Source: Macrostomum hystrix
Lineage: Eukaryota > Animalia > Platyhelminthes
DNA length: 64,000 nucleotides
Direction of reading: 5' to 3'
NCBI GenBank assembly: GCA_950097015.1
Contig: CATNEN010000039.1
Location: forward strand, 9,486,001-9,550,000
Below the pieces are notes generated by a model. It made no database searches, had not been told where the DNA came from, and saw only the letters and a program-made list of their open reading frames with translations. How positions within the stretch are numbered: the stretch's first letter is position 1; each line of letters opens with the position of its first letter. This document shows, piece by piece, positions 35,656-48,577 of the stretch. A program made the position numbers and the translations under genes.

Positions 35656-37298
35656 TTTTACTTTTCTTGGGACGCATGGAACGAAAGCCAACGGCAGTCA
35701 CGATTCTCCGCCAACCTATATACGAGTATGTCCTAGGAATAGGGCATCGTAATTTCGAATCAGTACAATAGGGCCTTTCCGACCATTAATTAAAAATTTA
35801 TCGTCCCGATTGTCCAGATCAGGAGTAGTGCATACAGAGTTTGAGTAGTTTTTTTGCCTACTTTGAAAGGGTCCTACTCGGTTAATTGGGTCGATTACAA
35901 GAGTTCGTGCCATTTAATTCTCTCAGTATTTATTTTCCATCAACGTAATTAAATGCGTTTTGGTGAAGCGCTTTGTACTTTTGCAAGTAGCACCAACAGA
36001 CGAGTTGCCTGACATCAGTCGAGTTTTACAAATCAAACAGCTCCGCTGTGGACGGATCAATGCCCTTTGTGCTCCTTTTGCATGTTTTACCTGCAGCCCA
36101 GGCATAGAATATCTGCAGTGAATATTTTCTCTTTTCTATCCAACCTGATTTATTGATTTGTGACAATGACCTTGAGATTTTTACAATGCCATATTGATAG
36201 CAGCTCACAGCGTGCCACATGTATCTACGTCACATGCGCAGCTTCAGACAGGTGAATTAGCGATCATAACAATGCATGCGCGAATTAATAGTGCACCCAG
36301 CAACATATCACTAAGTAATATCGACAAAAAGCGAATTTAAAGAATAGATTGTAAAACAAAAGAGTCTTCAGTTCGTTCTACTCGAGTGCTGTTTAAACAC
36401 TTTATCTGAAAGCTAAATGGCATATGGGATTAGATAATTAAATTCTATCCAATTACACTGCCTAACCAAAGATCTAACCCAGCTTAGTTGTTTATTGCAT
36501 TTTTATAAAAGTACAGAAATAGCGTACAGACAAAGAACATATTAAGCATTCAACAATGTTTCTGAAGTCTTCGTAACGGAAAAACGTTATGACGTAAAAT
36601 CGCATTCACACCCTTTTAATTCCTTACGATTCTATTATCAATAGTAGGGTGCACTTTTTCAGAGAATACTTAATTACTGATTCTTACGAAATTCTTCAAG
36701 GCGCTTGACTTTCCAGAGGTCTCCTTGAGGACAGTTTTCTACTTTAGATACTTTTTCTTCGTCACGGAAAACCAGCCCTTCTAAGGTTGGTTCTAAATTG
36801 CTAATCTAGGAGTCGAAATCGATAGCCAAAGAGGTCTAGGTAAATATCGAGGTAGATTTCACTGAATGTAAAGCGATAATTTGCAATCATCGACCGCCTT
36901 GAAGTTTCGGTTTAGAAAGTACCAATAGTTAGGTGATGGGCAACAGAATTATGCATTAATCGAATAGTAATACGCCAATTATAGCGAAGATGGTGTGCTG
37001 CATTGCGCATATTTACAACCAGCGCAGGATATGTGGCCTAGGGAGGTGCGAAGAGGTGCGTGACAGACTTCGCCAAACCCCCGGCTTAGCGAGTAGGCTG
37101 GTTGCACCAACCCCACCTCAACTAGACGGAGGTTGAGGGGTTTTGAGTGCTACTGCACTGGCGCTCGCATATTGTCTCGCCGCTACAAAAGTAATTTTAT
37201 TTTTACTTTAGAAAACCATAATATAGCACTTTTGTGCGACACAAATAAATATATGTTAAAGAAATATCAAGTTAGCTTGATCATTTTGGTCAAAAAGT

Positions 37299-40200
37299 TC
37301 AACTTGCTTCATTATTCCAGACGCCATTGTTGGTAGTGTAGAACTTGACGTTGCACTGCGACTCGGGCACAGCGTACGCCGCGTAAAGCTTCGGTGCAAA
37401 CATGATACTCAGCAGCAGGCCGTGGGTGAGTACGCATGAGAACACCATCAGCTTGACAGCGGTGGCCAGCGATGTTGCAGTCAGGGCGGCCGGAGCGAAG
37501 GACGCCCAGAGGAAGAGCGCCGAGATGCCAGCAGCGAGGATGCACTTGCTGTCGTGAAAGTTGTCCGGCAGCTGGCGACTGCGCAGGGCCAGCAGGCAGG
37601 TGGCCCCCAGGAGGGCCAGGTTGCAGCCAAGTGGAGTCCAGAAGCCGGCCGACATCAGGTCGCACTGGCGCTCCACCGAGGGTTGGGCGCTTGCCTCTAT
37701 TGACATAGTTGTCTGGCGTAGTCGCGATACGATCGGCCAGCCAAGGCTACTGCCCAGAATTACGCCAGCCTGTGGCGAGATTTTATGCAAATCAACACAA
37801 TGTGACGTTTACGCCTCGTAGTTTTTTCAAGTGTCAAAGCGTTCGTGTGTGTGCTTCTTTGGTAAGCTAGATATTGCTTTCAAAGGTTGCATACTGCTGT
37901 TCAGTCAATAGACTGGGGGAGGGGCCCACACACTCACCAAAATCTATGCCTATGCTAAAGCTGTTTCCCGTTTTACAGTTGGGCGAAGTGACCAATATGA
38001 AACAAGAAGCAACTTGCTCAAGGAAATTGTCTCCATTGGGCTGAGATTCGAACTAGCAACCTTTCAGTCAGAATTCCAACCCACCTCACATAACCACTAT
38101 GCTACAGCCTACCCTTGGTAAAAAAACGTACTGCAAGATCGTGAAAGCTTCAGATTAGACTAAAGTTGTTAAACGAAGCATTAATTCAAAGAGCTACTGA
38201 AACAGTTCTCACCATTAGCAGAATGAGCCCCCCTAAAAGAGCAAGCATCGGCTGCTGTCTGGCCAACTGCGGCGCCGGTCTTCCAGCCCTGGACGCCTGG
38301 AACACCAGCTGGATGCGCAGCGTCTTGACCAGCTGGCTCGCGTAACACACAGACAGCCCAAGCTGGCTGGCTGCGTTCATGCAGCCGCAAGCCGCGTTGG
38401 AGGATTCCAGGGCGATCAGAGAGAGACCAGACAGACCAATCAAGCTGCCGCATAGGCACGCCACCTGTGCAAGGGAAATCGAGCTAAAGAGTTTATAATA
38501 AAATTTCTAATCAGCTACGTTTTTGCTTTGTCAGCACTGCCATACCGACAACTGCACCGACGATGCCTTGACCAGTTGGTGCTGTCGCCGATGCAGCAGC
38601 AGAAGCAGCGCAGCCACCGTTGTAGCTACCATGAGTCCGGCGCAGATGAGCAATCCAGGCAAAACGAAGTCGTCGCGCCAGCCAGCGATGGGCAACGGTC
38701 GACAGGTGTCAGCCTCCGGCCAGGTGAGCGCGGGACACGCTTGACAAGCGAATCCGTTCTGTGCAGCAACCTCTCCACGGAAGCAGGCACGGCACGTGAA
38801 GCAGCAGGCATCGATGGGAACGCGCATGTGGTTTGTTGGACAGGGCGGGCTGCAGAATGATGGCTGGGTGGATGAATTGGCAACAAAAACGAGTCCAGAT
38901 CGCTGTGTCCAACGAGCCACCAAAGTGAGGTCGCCGGTGGCTTGCTCGCGACGAATGTCGTACGCCGGTGCCGCATCGCCGCTTGCATCGAAGTCGTCAA
39001 ACCCAGAGACAATAAGTCGACGCATGTCAGCCGAGAAGTTTGACGTGGCGAGGACTGCGGACATCCTTGCTCCGTTGATGCATCCCAACAGCTTGCTAAG
39101 ATTGGCTGCTGCAACGCTTGGCATGCATGCGGGACTAAGTGCAACCGTTTGGATGCTGTCGGCGATGATTCGCAGTGAGTCCACCATACGTGCTAGGGGC
39201 GCTACTTCTGAACTGATGGACAGATGCGACAATGAGGCAACCTTGGCACTGCAAGCTGCCATAGAAGTTCCGCCATCAGTGGTGCAGTTGCCAGCGGAAA
39301 GCACTCGCTGTAGCTGCCGACCAAAAGGGAAATCTGCCAACTGAGCAAGTGTCATCGAGTGATAAAATTGGAGCAGCCCTGGCACTGGAAACTGAGGAAA
39401 TGCCACATAGAATGCGCCGCGGGTGTAATTCTTGTATGGCTCTGCGTTTGTATCGGAGGTAATGATAGTTCCTCCACGAGCTGCAATATGCATAAGAAGC
39501 TTCTCCGACACCAAGCTAAACAATTCATATATAATGAACACAGTGAGGTTTTTGCGAGATTCTATCGCCTCAATGGCATCTGATACTGGTGCGAGCTGGT
39601 TTAGCGGAAGAGTGAATGCAACACACACCCGCTCTGCGCTTGTGCTGGTGGAGTTAGCTTCCGCAGAGGCAGTCAGTAGCAGCCGAGTGTTTTGAGCGAG
39701 ACCTCGACCGTAGACGTCGTCTCGATGGATTATGGCCACGTAGTTCCAGCCGAAGTGTCTGACAAGCTGTACCGCCGCACTGGCCTGGTAGCGGTCCGGT
39801 GATACCAGCCTGTAAACGTTCGGATACTGCAACCGGTCAGAGAAGGCGTCACTGCTGGACTCAGTGGATACCTGGAGTAGTCCGTAGGGCGACAGCAGGC
39901 GCGAGACAATATCGGTTGTGCTGCTGTACCAGCCTGCTGCTGCGGCGAGGACCAGGTAGACGGATTCGTCAACACCGCTGAAGCGCAGCGAACAGAATGA
40001 GCCAGCCTCAGCGGCCAGGGCATTGTGCTGCCAGGCCGGGCGAAGATTTTTTGCCAGGCTGACAACTGCAGTCGAGGACATGCAGGGATCTAAGTGAACG
40101 AAGCCGAAGCTCCAATTGCGCGCCCTAAGCTCCGGGCGCAGCTGCTCCGCATTGATGCGGTTGATGGTGTAGGAGACTGCGAGACCGCGTAAGAACTGCG

Positions 40201-40357
40201 CCTCTGTAACGATTTCCTCCTCCGGACTGCCGAGGCATTTGAATTCGGAGTTTTGTATTACCGCGAGATTGAAAGTGCCATTGCGACAAAACACTTGCTG
40301 GTCGCACTGGCAGATATGGAAAAGAAGAGGGTTGAGCAGTAGCAGTGCTAGAATCAT
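37299..40357 (-). CDS. Class C GPCR (mGluR/CaSR/taste-receptor-like): Venus flytrap + cysteine-rich + 7TM
   Basis: Exons 40357-38546, 38464-38213 and 37769-37299. Signal peptide; SSDAFSDRLQYPNVYRLVSPDRYQ, HFGWNYV..DDVYG, CSPPC..CCFTCRAC..CQACP..WP, VKTLRI, RQLPDNFHDSK, MFAPKLY. Confidence 0.92.
37990..38106 (-). mobile_element. tRNA-derived CORE-type SINE fragment (family B), intronic
   Basis: Minus strand TAGCATAGTGG (A box), GTTCGAATC (B box), then TCCTTGAGCAAG CORE-like motif. Confidence 0.6.
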
Positions 40358-40584
40358 TTCGTATGAGTGAGTGACAGATGGCTTATAGAACAAAGCCTTG
40401 ATGGAAAAATGCCTTTAACACTTTGCAATAAATGCTGATGCCAGGGGATTTCGCCAGGTAGACTGGAATATCTGGTGCGCTATTGGCCTGGTTGCCTAGC
40501 AGCCAATGCAAGCTCCTGTATTTGGATTCACTAAGGTACTCGATAAACTATATTGCAAGATTTGTCTAGGTTAGGTTAAGTACA

Positions 40585-40917
40585 AGGGGTGGAGTGACAG
40601 AGTGGTCTAACACGGTTGCCTCTCGCACTATGGTCCCTGAGCTCGATTCCGCAGCGTTCGTTTGGGATGCAGACGCGGAGAGAAGGCTTGGATCGAGGTT
40701 CGTCGTAAAATTTACGTCATTGAGGGCCAACATCCAAGACACAGTGAGTGTACAGTGCCTGACGATGAGATGTACACACATGTGTGAGCAAGTGCGTGCG
40801 TACGGATGTCCTCAGTGTAATGGGAGAATTGCCACTTCGCTAGATGTGGGTCCAGTGTCACAAAATGACGTGCCATTGCCCGCAGCCCTCCTGCAAAATA
40901 ATATTATTTATTATTAA
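40585..40917 (+). mobile_element. tRNA-derived SINE family A
   Basis: TGACAGAGTGG, GAGCTCGATTCC, conserved body, (TAT)n tail. Confidence 0.8.
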
Positions 40918-41626
40918 GGTTACGCAAATATCATATTGGATGGATCAGAAAGTTTTATGCCTTATATCCTATATTTGGTGTTTATGAGAGAAATACATAA
41001 ATCTGAGACCTATTCTTTCAACAGTGCCTATTCTAGAGCAAGCATTTCACATTATTGGGTGCACTGCAAGACAACTTCAGAATAATTTTCCGAGCCTTAC
41101 TAGTAGATAACTGCGGCATTCCATGTATCAATTAGTTGTGAAGCCCAAATACAGACGAGATCTAATCGACTCAGTAAGAATCCAAATCTTAGCTTTCAGG
41201 GTTCGCCTCAGAGTGCTAATTCACATGACTCCAGCGTTAGGCTTTGTATCGACTCTAATGCTAATCGATCTGCGCAGACTTAGTCACCTCAGCTGATGAC
41301 TGCCCCGCATGCAGGCTAGCGGCTTACTCAAGCTGCACAGCAAGAATGACCAACTTGTTGACAGTCTGAGAGGGGTGGCCTTCGGTCCTCTTTTCTGGTG
41401 CGCGCACGCACTGATCGAGTGCGCCAGTGTCGTACAGTGGAGCGGAAAGGCTTGTCCGAGGTCAGCTGGATAACAGAGTTGAGTAAGGAAAGAGCTGATA
41501 AGATAAGAGCTCTTGTTTTGCCACACATGTAGTCACCTGTATATATGGCTGAAGCGCGGAAAATATGCCCCAACACTACTAAGGATTCACGTTGACACTC
41601 CAGCCTAATTACAAAGCGTACAGAGA

Positions 41627-42241
41627 ATGGCTCTTAAACAGCTAGGCCTCGCGCTGGTACTATCTTTACTCATTGCAGTGCCACAGACTTGGTGTTGCAA
41701 CAGCAGGTGAGTAGAATTTTTAATTGGGTCACTTAATACGTCAAAGACAGTCTTCTTCGCAGCAGAAATTCGTAAATATGTATATATATACGAGATATAA
41801 AGAAGCCAGCATATAACTGCGCCTCATGTTCACAGGAGTCGACCCGATGACGATGCCGATCGCGTCAGCAGCTCTGGCCGAGTAACGCGAGTTTCCGGCT
41901 TTATCCTTTTGAACCCCTCGCTACCGACTTTGCCAGCGAATGCCAGGCTGACGGTTCAGATGCAGGACATCTCGCTATTGGACGCGCCTTCCAAGCGGCT
42001 GACTAGCAAGACACTCGAGTCTGTGTCATCAACCTACACTTCAAATGGCGGCAAGATCCCATTCAGCCTGGAGGCCGTCATCCCAGACAGCACGCCTTAC
42101 ACTCCCTACTCCGTATCTGTTTCGGCCTCACTTCGCGGAGACGGAGTCTCATACATCACCGACACATCTTACTATGTGGACCTGCGCAAGAACAAGTTCG
42201 ACTATCAGGACATGGAGGTCACTATCGTGAAGTATCCTTGA
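41627..42241 (+). CDS. Secreted protein with YbaY/YscW (bacterial lipoprotein/pilotin-like) domain
   Basis: Exons 41627-41706 (signal peptide) and 41836-42241 with a phase-2 GT-AG intron. VSG..LPANARLTVQMQDISLLDAPSK..PFSL..SASL..YITDT resembles E. coli YbaY VSG..LPPDAVLTVTLSDASLADAPSK..PFSF..SAAI..FITDT (recalled from memory, not searched). Confidence 0.8.
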
Positions 42242-43124
42242 ACTGGCCAACTGAATCCGTTCTAAATTTGACGATTTTTCTGCACTAGACGCGCACTGCT
42301 TTGTGCTGCATTGATTTGTAGGTGTCGCATAAGTTGAATTTTTTAAATTGGAACTCAAGTCAAACTCAATTGCATTCTGGATGCCTTAATGCACTACTAG
42401 CTGCATGGAATTTTTTATCACAATTTTTGTATTCCATTGACTAGTTTTGCTGGCGAAAATAAATAATTTAATTATAGTTTTCATTATAGACCTAGTATCC
42501 TAACATGACTCTTGATTCTTGGATTTAATTTTTTTACTCGATGTGCGTTGAAAACTTTTTGTTGTCAAATTCTCGCTACTTGAAGTAAGCACATTCTAAC
42601 AATACATAAATATGGTTAGAATTGTAAGCTGAAATTACTACAGAGATTGGATCATTTGTAATTTAGGGGCTAGAAATTTAAACAACATCAGATTAACAAA
42701 CAAAGTACGTTCATAATTAATAGACTAAGGTAGCACATCAGTTGTCCGAGGCAAAGTAGTAGGGTAGCAGAGAACTGTTTCTCAGGTAGAGTAGGCAGCA
42801 AGTGAACTGGAAGATTCTCAGGTAGCAGTTCAGCAGAATCACAAGTACAATGGGATCCAAGCCCCAAGGCATTAGTTTATTGCACTTCTCAGTCACGTCT
42901 GGATTGGTTGCATCTATTAGAAAGTTCGAGCCTGCATTGATAATTTTTGAAATATTGAGAGTACATTTCTATACCCTGATCAGACAGACTTTGATAAGGT
43001 ATTGACAGTCACTACATTCAGTCAGAAACCCATGACCTGTGAGCTAAATACAGCACGGGAAATACGCTCGTACAGTCTAGAATTCAGCCTCATTGCCCTT
43101 TCCAGTATCTACTCTCACCTGTCA

Positions 43125-43290
43125 CATCTTTCCCGTGTCTCATCTTTCCCGTGTCTCATCTCATCCTTGTCTCATCTATCTCCTGTCTCATATCTCCAGT
43201 GTCTCATCTCTCTCTCTCTTGTCTCATTTCTCCATTGTCCCATCTCTTCCTTGTCTCATCTCTTCCTTGTCTTATCTCTCGCCTGTCTCA
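43125..43290. repeat. Degenerate ~16 bp pyrimidine-rich repeat (TGTCTCATCTC..)
   Basis: Repeated TGTCTCATCT units. Confidence 0.65.
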
Positions 43291-43677
43291 TCCACGGCTG
43301 TCAATATGGCCTAGGATTCACGGTTTAGCGTCCATTGAGATATGTGTGCGTTTACTGACCACTGAGAGATTTTATTGGAAAGGCACAATACGTTTTTCAA
43401 GGCTCTTACTCTGAAGTTTCGGCACGAAGGGATCCCTATGCAAAGTTAAAATGGCACCCAGCAGGTAAAAGTTGACCACGATGAAACTGTAGCCGCAGAC
43501 AATGTTCTCTATTCTTCGAAACCTGAATACCGTTGTGAAGGCGCCCAGGATTCCTACTGTAAGGATTGGCACAGAGTGGTTCTAATGAATCAGTTTTCAG
43601 TTCAATCAGGAGTCATTGCATGGTTTTTTAACACAAACGAGTTTACAAAATTTGACCTAGGGTTGTAATTTTCAACT

Positions 43678-44610
43678 TAGTACAATCAAAAGGTTATTGT
43701 CAAGCTAGTAGTACAATCAAAATGGTTATTGTCAAGCTAGTAGTACAATCAAAATGGTTATTGTCAAGCTAGTAGTACAATCAAAAGGTTATTGTCAAGC
43801 TAGTAGTACAATCAAGAGGTTATTGTCAAGCTAGTAGTACAATCAAGAGGTTATTGTCAAGCTAGTAGTACAATCAAAAGGTTATTGTCAAGCTAGTAGT
43901 TCAATCAAGAGGTTATTGTCAAGCTAGTAGTACAATCAAGAGGTTATTGTCAAGCTAGTAGTACAATCAAAAGGTTATTGTCAAGCTAGTAGTACAATCA
44001 AAAGGTTATTGTCAAGCTAGTAGTACAATCAAAATGGTTATTGTCAAGCTAGTAGTACAATCAAGAGGTTATTGTCAAGCTAGTAGTACAATCAAGAGGT
44101 TATTGTCAAGCTAGTAGTACAATCAAGAGATTATTGTCAAGCTAGTAGTACAATCAAGAGGTTATTGTCAAGCTAGTAGTACAATCAAGAGGTTATTGTC
44201 AAGCTAGTAGTACAATCAAGAGATTATTGTCAAGCTAGTAGTACAATCAAGACATTATTGTCAAGCTAGTAGTACAATCAAGAGGTTATTGTCAAGCTAG
44301 TAGTACAATCAAGAGGTTATTGTCAATCTAGTAGTACAATCAAGAGGTTATTGTCAAGCTAGTAGTACAATCAAGAGGTTATTGTCAAGCTAGTAGTACA
44401 ATCAAAATGGTTATTGTCAAGCTAGTAGTACAATCAAGAGGTTATTGTCAAGCTAGTAGTACAATCAAGAGGTTATTGTCAAGCTAGTAGTACAATCAAG
44501 AGGTTATTGTCAAGCTAGTAGTACAATCAAGAGATTATTGTCAAGCTAGTAGTACAATCAAGAGATTATTGTCAAGCTAGTAGTACAATCAAGAGGTTAT
44601 TGTCAAGCTC
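43678..44610. repeat. 31 bp minisatellite (AGTACAATCAAGAGGTTATTGTCAAGCTAGT)n
   Basis: About 30 tandem copies without spacers. Confidence 0.95.
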
Positions 44611-45073
44611 TCACCTAAGATCGACTCGCCAGTGATGAAAAACCCTGACACTGTGACCTTGTACATAATGCAATCGATGCTGCTGATCTGTATATGCGTA
44701 GCGCTTCTACCCTGCATGCCCACCTTGTGGTGCAGACTCAGGGATAGAACTGTTAATATTGCCAGGACCTCACCGCAGGTCAGTACTAGCAGATAGCAGC
44801 ACATAGCAATTAATCGGGTGGCCATGCCGTATATTCGATTTCAGCTTTGTCTGGTCTGGCTTGATTCAGGTTTGATGTGACTCTGTTCAGGACTAACTTT
44901 AATAAATTAAATAACACTATAGACTTTAATGATAGATCGAGGAAATTATCATTGTAGAGCTATTGTCAAATGGACCAAGCCTACTGGCAACGCTTCTGAC
45001 TGTCACACGCTAGAGCAGATATTTGGCCATAGACTATGGTCTAATCTTTATTGACTCATATTACGCGTTCAAT

Positions 45074-46052
45074 GGGCCGTATGAATAAAAAAATGAAATT
45101 TTTTTCTTGCAAGAAATCCAAGAATTTCTTGCGTTTATAAGAATAAAAAACTGCGAGTTTCTTGCAAGATTTTCTCGCCAAGAAAATCTCGAGCTTTCAC
45201 AAGAAAAGATTTGCTCGGCAAGAAAATCTCACGAGGAAAAGATTTTCTTGCTTTCTGATGAATAAAAGACGTGATTTTCTCGCCGAGAGAGCCGACACTT
45301 GAGTTTTATGCGAGCAACTCTTTCTCTGGCTCAAGCGAATCTTCAGCGCCCATAACACGAGACACGAGATGTTCCTTCAGATCAGAAAGACCAAGGAGTA
45401 CCTGCCCCGACAGGCCACTCCAGTGGAGACATATAGACAGCTTCATCGATTCACTGAGGATCACGTGACCTTTCTGACAACGCGCTTCCTAGGACATACT
45501 TCCGAGACAAGGGGCGGTGCGCTGACACCGAAACAGAAGATGGAGATCACGCTGCGGTACCTGAGCAATTGTTTCTGGGCTCCTGCAAAGAGTAATCACG
45601 ATATACATGTAAAAAATTGGGCAACCATTCGATGCCAGGACGCTCAATCTCAGGGTAAAATTTCAAAGCAAAGTGACTTTCCTGTCACCTGATGTTCAGG
45701 TAAACTCCACATGGATTTTGCCACTTTCTAGTAGGATTTTTCTGGACGGATTTTCGGTGTTCACGTGGTTTTATCCATAGACACAGCATGGGCTGCGCCC
45801 AAGCCTGAGGAGACGGCCGTCGATTCCACGTCACCGACATCTTGGTTTGGGCCCTAGACAACTTTCAGCCAAGTGGCAGTCGCCGAGAAAATCTCACGAG
45901 CCGAGAAACTTTTATTCATGTCTTTTCTAGAATATCTTGACTCGTAAGATTTTCTCCAACAGATTTTCTTGCCGGAAAAGAATTTCTTTAAAGAAATTCT
46001 TGGCTCGAAAGATAATCTTTAAAGATTTTCTCATGTTTTATTCATACGGCCC
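45074..46052 (+). mobile_element. Non-autonomous PIF/Harbinger element (internal deletion)
   Basis: TIR GGGCCGTATGAATAAAA/TTTTATTCATACGGCCC; 3-bp TSD AAT; subterminal AGAAAATCTC repeats; transposase N-terminal remnant HRFTEDHV..RGGALTPKQKMEITLRYLS at 45369-45565. Confidence 0.85.
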
Positions 46053-46177
46053 AATGAGTGCGTGCAGACGATTTTCGCAGGAAAGAAAAATATGAATACT
46101 AGAACAACAAGTAAAAAGCGAAACAAATACGTATACGCTCGTAATGTTAGAATACGAATACGAATACTATTATTATA

Positions 46178-47764
46178 CTTTTTTGCGATTGAATTCGTCC
46201 AAACTGCAAAACCCTTCGTCCACTAACGTTTTCTTAATGGGAGCTAAATTTAGATTATACCATAGACAACTGTGTTCACGCAAAACGGTTCATCCAGTTT
46301 GTAAAACATTTCGTCTAAAACCCTTCGTCCAAACAGCTAACAGTTAAACGGAGCGACTTTATTTGGTATCACGAGATATTGAACAAAGCAAAAACAGTGT
46401 CTCTTGTTAGAATGTTAGTTCAAAATGTCTTCGTTGTCCAAACAGCGGCCGTAGTAACCCACAGTGTGATTGGTCCATTGCTGGCACTTCTCCTGTGTAA
46501 TCACGTGCAGTGCAGCTTCGACCTCTCTATTCAAAATGTGCATCCGCCAGGCATGCAGAGTCAGGTTCGCTGCAGCAGCAGCTTGCCGATTAGAGAGCTC
46601 GTGCTGAATAGCGGGAACTGACAGTGCCCTCTTCACTGATGCCTTCAGAGAAGACCCTGCGCGCTCAGTTGGGTTGAGATACGGAGAGTACGGTGGCAAT
46701 CGATAGGTGCTGTGTTGCGGTGAAAGTCCAGGGACTTGAAGGTGAGCGCGGGCCCCATCAAAGATCGCCACCCACTCAGCCTCCACCAGGACATCCAGCT
46801 CTACTAAGAAGTCTGCAAATTTTGAGCTTGAAAACCTCCTTCCACCAGCGCATAGTGAACAAGTCCCCATTGTGGAGATATGGCCAAGCAGAGAGTCAGG
46901 TTTTGTCCGCGCTGGCCACATACCGTTCTCACCGCAGGCTGGCCTCGATATGCCCATCCTTGAGTTCTCGCCGTCCACAGGTTCAGCCCGAACTCATCGA
47001 GAAAAATCTGGTTCCTGTCGTGTCCTATGTTCATCATCCACTGTGCGTACTCACATCTCGCCGCCTTCACAACTGGGTCGTTCCAATCAAACGTAATCTA
47101 AACGTAATCAAACGTAACCTAGCCAGCTTCAAAGTCACCAGCTGTTTGTCAAGTGCTCGACTTATGGTTGAGACATGAGGAAGTTGGCCTTCATTGCCAA
47201 GTTGCATCATATGGTTCCGCATCATTTGTAATGTCGCGGACGGGTTTGCCTCGAGGAACTCGATGATTGACTCAATCTGCTGCTCTTGAAGTTGCTTCGG
47301 ACGGCCACCTGCTGATGGAAGCTTCTCAATGCGCCCGGTTTGAACGTAGGTGTCGACAATCGTTTTGGCTGTCTTTCTCTTGATCCCAAGGATATCGGCC
47401 AGTTGTTTCCAATCGCGGCCTTCTTCAACGGCCAAGGGCCAAGGCTAATCGCCTGCGGTCTTCGTTTGACACTGGATCGTAGGGGCCTTGGTTCATCTTC
47501 GACTGTTTTGCCGGGTTCAGAATAGAAGATATGCGTTGCTGTAGCTGTAGTGGTAGCAAAAGCGAACTGTCAATTGGGTGTTAACTATGGATGGTAGGAA
47601 AAGTACACTCGGTCTCTAGTCTAGGGGACGAAATGTTTTACAAACTGGATGAACCGTTTTGCGTGAACACAGTTGTCTATGGTATGATCTAAATTTAGCT
47701 CCCATTAAGAAAGCATTTGTGGACGAAAGGTTTTGCAGTTTGGACGAATTAAATCGCAAAAAGG
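46178..47764 (-). mobile_element. Tc1/IS630-like DNA transposon with ~140 bp TIRs and TA TSD
   Basis: 46178-46315 is the inverted copy of 47627-47764; flanking TA on both sides. Confidence 0.92.
46415..47435 (-). pseudogene. Frameshifted DDE transposase (HTH + FLDEFG / IFDGARAH / LPPYSPYLNPTE)
   Basis: Split over ORFs 47067-47435, 46804-47070 and 46415-46978; a short tandem duplication AAACGTAATC at ~47088-47120 lies next to one frameshift. Confidence 0.85.
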
Positions 47765-48089
47765 TATATTATTATTATTGAAGTGCGCACGCCGATTGGG
47801 AGCTGATTTTTTGTTTATTTGATGTTGGTAACAAGGCTGAACAATTCGATTTTTTTTTAAGGCGATAGAAAAGCAGTAGCATGCATAATATTTATTTTAG
47901 GTGAATAAAATATTAGAAATTTGTAAACAAAGGCATTAAAACAAAAAATGAAATTTAAAGAGAAAATTAAAACTGTGACTGAAATCACTTCGCTCCAGAA
48001 AAGAGAATAGCTATTGTGCTTTTGCGAGTTACGATCAAATATAAGAAAAATAAAACTCAAACTACGAGTATAACCAAGCATTCTAACTA

Positions 48090-48560
48090 TGGGCCTCAGA
48101 GCGTGGCTTTTTTATCTAGCTTTAAGTATGCGTTCTATGAATTCCACAAAACTTTCTGTTAATTCTGTGCTTTCCTGTGTGATTAAATACACAATTTTGT
48201 CATCGGCTATTAGGCTTTCTAAATTTCGAACAGTACCTTTCACTTTCTCTATGAATTTATTTCTAATTGGAACATAAACGGTTTCATCTGACCTACATAG
48301 TAACCAAATACATAATAACCAATCGCATCTAAAGAGAATATGTTCTGGGTTAGAGATTATTGTTAGGTACTTTTCTCTAAAGAAATCTTTCTTAAGCATG
48401 TAATAGAAGTGGCTGAGCTTGGCTGATTTTCCCATCCTCTGAGTCCAGTGCCTTCGGAACTCTGACTCAAAGTTCTCCCTGTGCGTTTTGATGGACTTTG
48501 TTTTTCGAGTCTGTTGACAATTCCGCATTACTTCGCTATTCATTTTTTCACAAAACGTGT
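48090..48560 (-). mobile_element. Probable degraded LINE ORF2 C-terminal remnant
   Basis: KLSHFYYMLKKDFFREKYL..HILFRC..PIRNKF..VEFIERILKAR resembles the end of CR1/L2-group ORF2; low certainty. Confidence 0.45.
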
Positions 48561-48577
48561 TGAACACAGATATTATT

